From positions 312,304-376,303 of the forward strand of contig CAVVTC010000005.1 of assembly GCA_963751025.1 (NCBI GenBank): DNA of 64,000 bases, given 5' to 3'. Position numbers and translations under genes: made by a program. The notes under the pieces were generated by a model that was not told where the DNA came from, did not search any database, and saw nothing but the letters and a program-made list of their open reading frames with translations. This stretch comes from an uncultured Acidobacteriota bacterium. GTDB lineage: Bacteria; Acidobacteriota; Vicinamibacteria; Vicinamibacterales; UBA2999. Position 1 is the first letter of the stretch; each line of letters begins with the position of its first letter. Positions 63,520-64,000 of the stretch are shown here, piece after piece.

Positions 63520-64000
63520 CGAGGCCCTGGCGCGTTCTGCACGTACCGGATCTCACGAAACAGATCGGCGACGCTGGTCGGATCGGGCAGCGCCTGAGGC
63601 GCCGGCTGCGTCGGGCGGCACAGGTAGCTGACATGCAGGTGATCGGCCGCGTAGGCCACGCGCATGCCTTCGAATCCCGCCCGCCGCAGGTACGCGGTCA
63701 TCGTGTCCTGCGTCAGGTAGTACGGGTGATCGATCTTGGTCGCGTCCTCCACCGACCAGTTCCGCAGATACGCCGCCCGGAAGTCCACGATGTCGATGAA
63801 CAGGTAGCCGTTCGGTGTGAGCAGCTCGCGCACGCGCTTCAGCGTGCCGGCCACGTCCAGCAGGTGATCGACCGTCTGGCAGATCAGCACGACGTCGAAG
63901 CGGCGGCCGCCGAAGTCGTGCTCCTCGACCAGCCCGGTGATCGTCTCGAGACCGAAGGCGCGGGCCTCCTGCACCTCGAGCGGCGCCGGATCGATCAGCG
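63516..64000 (-). CDS. Class I SAM-dependent methyltransferase, C-terminal part. The N-terminus lies beyond the window end.
   Basis: The frame is open to base 64000. Motifs are FDVVLICQTVDHLLD, LLTPNGYLFIDIVDF and IDHPYYL. The stop overlaps the P6 ATG. Confidence 0.7.
   Translation of the reverse strand, partial: LIDPAPLEVQEARAFGLETITGLVEEHDFGGRRFDVVLICQTVDHLLDVAGTLKRVRELLTPNGYLFIDIVDFRAAYLRNWSVEDATKIDHPYYLTQDTMTAYLRRAGFEGMRVAYAADHLHVSYLCRPTQPAPQALPDPTSVADLFREIRYVQNAPGPR

Noticed and set aside
21828-64000. Interpreting the glycan cluster as a decayed, non-functional pseudogene island
   Set aside because: Frame changes are just as frequent in thiG, the helicase and the ABC ATPase. Motifs and coupling junctions are intact. 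Off-frame stretches are short, and several changes map to homopolymers. This is more parsimonious as sequence error, though it remains unproven without reads.

Overview
This is a very GC-rich bacterial window. Its style resembles soil Acidobacteriota or Gemmatimonadota-like genomes, but that is inference only. All calls come from reading the six-frame track and the DNA by eye, with no searches run.

Layout: positions 1-21.7 kb hold mixed housekeeping and accessory genes. These are an acyl-AMP ligase/carrier/PlsC fusion, infA, a DEAD-box helicase, a MerR/TPR protein and glk. They continue with an FAD oxidase, a Ser/Thr kinase-TolB fusion, two DUF1801-like genes and a transglutaminase + ABC-2 exporter operon. 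The stretch ends with thiS-thiG, a methyltransferase, an SGNH-like protein and a sortase with its LPSTAS substrate.

From about 21.8 kb to the window end lies a roughly 42-kb, almost uninterrupted minus-strand glycan-biosynthesis super-cluster.
- Its genes are chained by ATGA/GTGA/TGATG start-stop overlaps.
- Recognisable members are gmd + RmlD-like reductase, two GT2 and one GT4, a WecA/MraY-like initiating transferase with an unusual C-terminal extension, and a capsule-synthesis-like protein.
- There is also an ulosonic-acid-type block: HAD, fused transketolase, cytidylyltransferase, aldehyde dehydrogenase, SDR and a NeuB-like synthase. A second NeuA-like gene lies at 61209-61913.
- An ArnB/ArnC-like pair, two epimerase/dehydratases and three methyltransferases complete the recognisable set.
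- The cluster carries an expansion of uncharacterised polytopic membrane-protein families. I call them P (5 paralogs), Q (2), a small ankyrin-like anchor protein (2), R (2), and one further DE-motif membrane protein on the plus strand.
- I see no recognisable Wzx, Wzy, Wzz or polysaccharide ABC exporter in the cluster.

Three kinds of intergenic repeat are visible:
- a ~150-bp MITE-like element with CTAGTGG termini, present as 2 inverted copies bracketing a 4.8-kb cassette;
- a ~180-bp palindromic element whose arms are 8-bp tandem repeats, present as 2 inverted copies bracketing a 3-GT cassette plus a degenerate third copy;
- short GGCT-NN-AGCC hairpins.

Major caveat: most genes show one or more reading-frame changes. 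I traced well over 60 by eye. These look like assembly indels rather than true pseudogenes, so many coordinates are composite and approximate.
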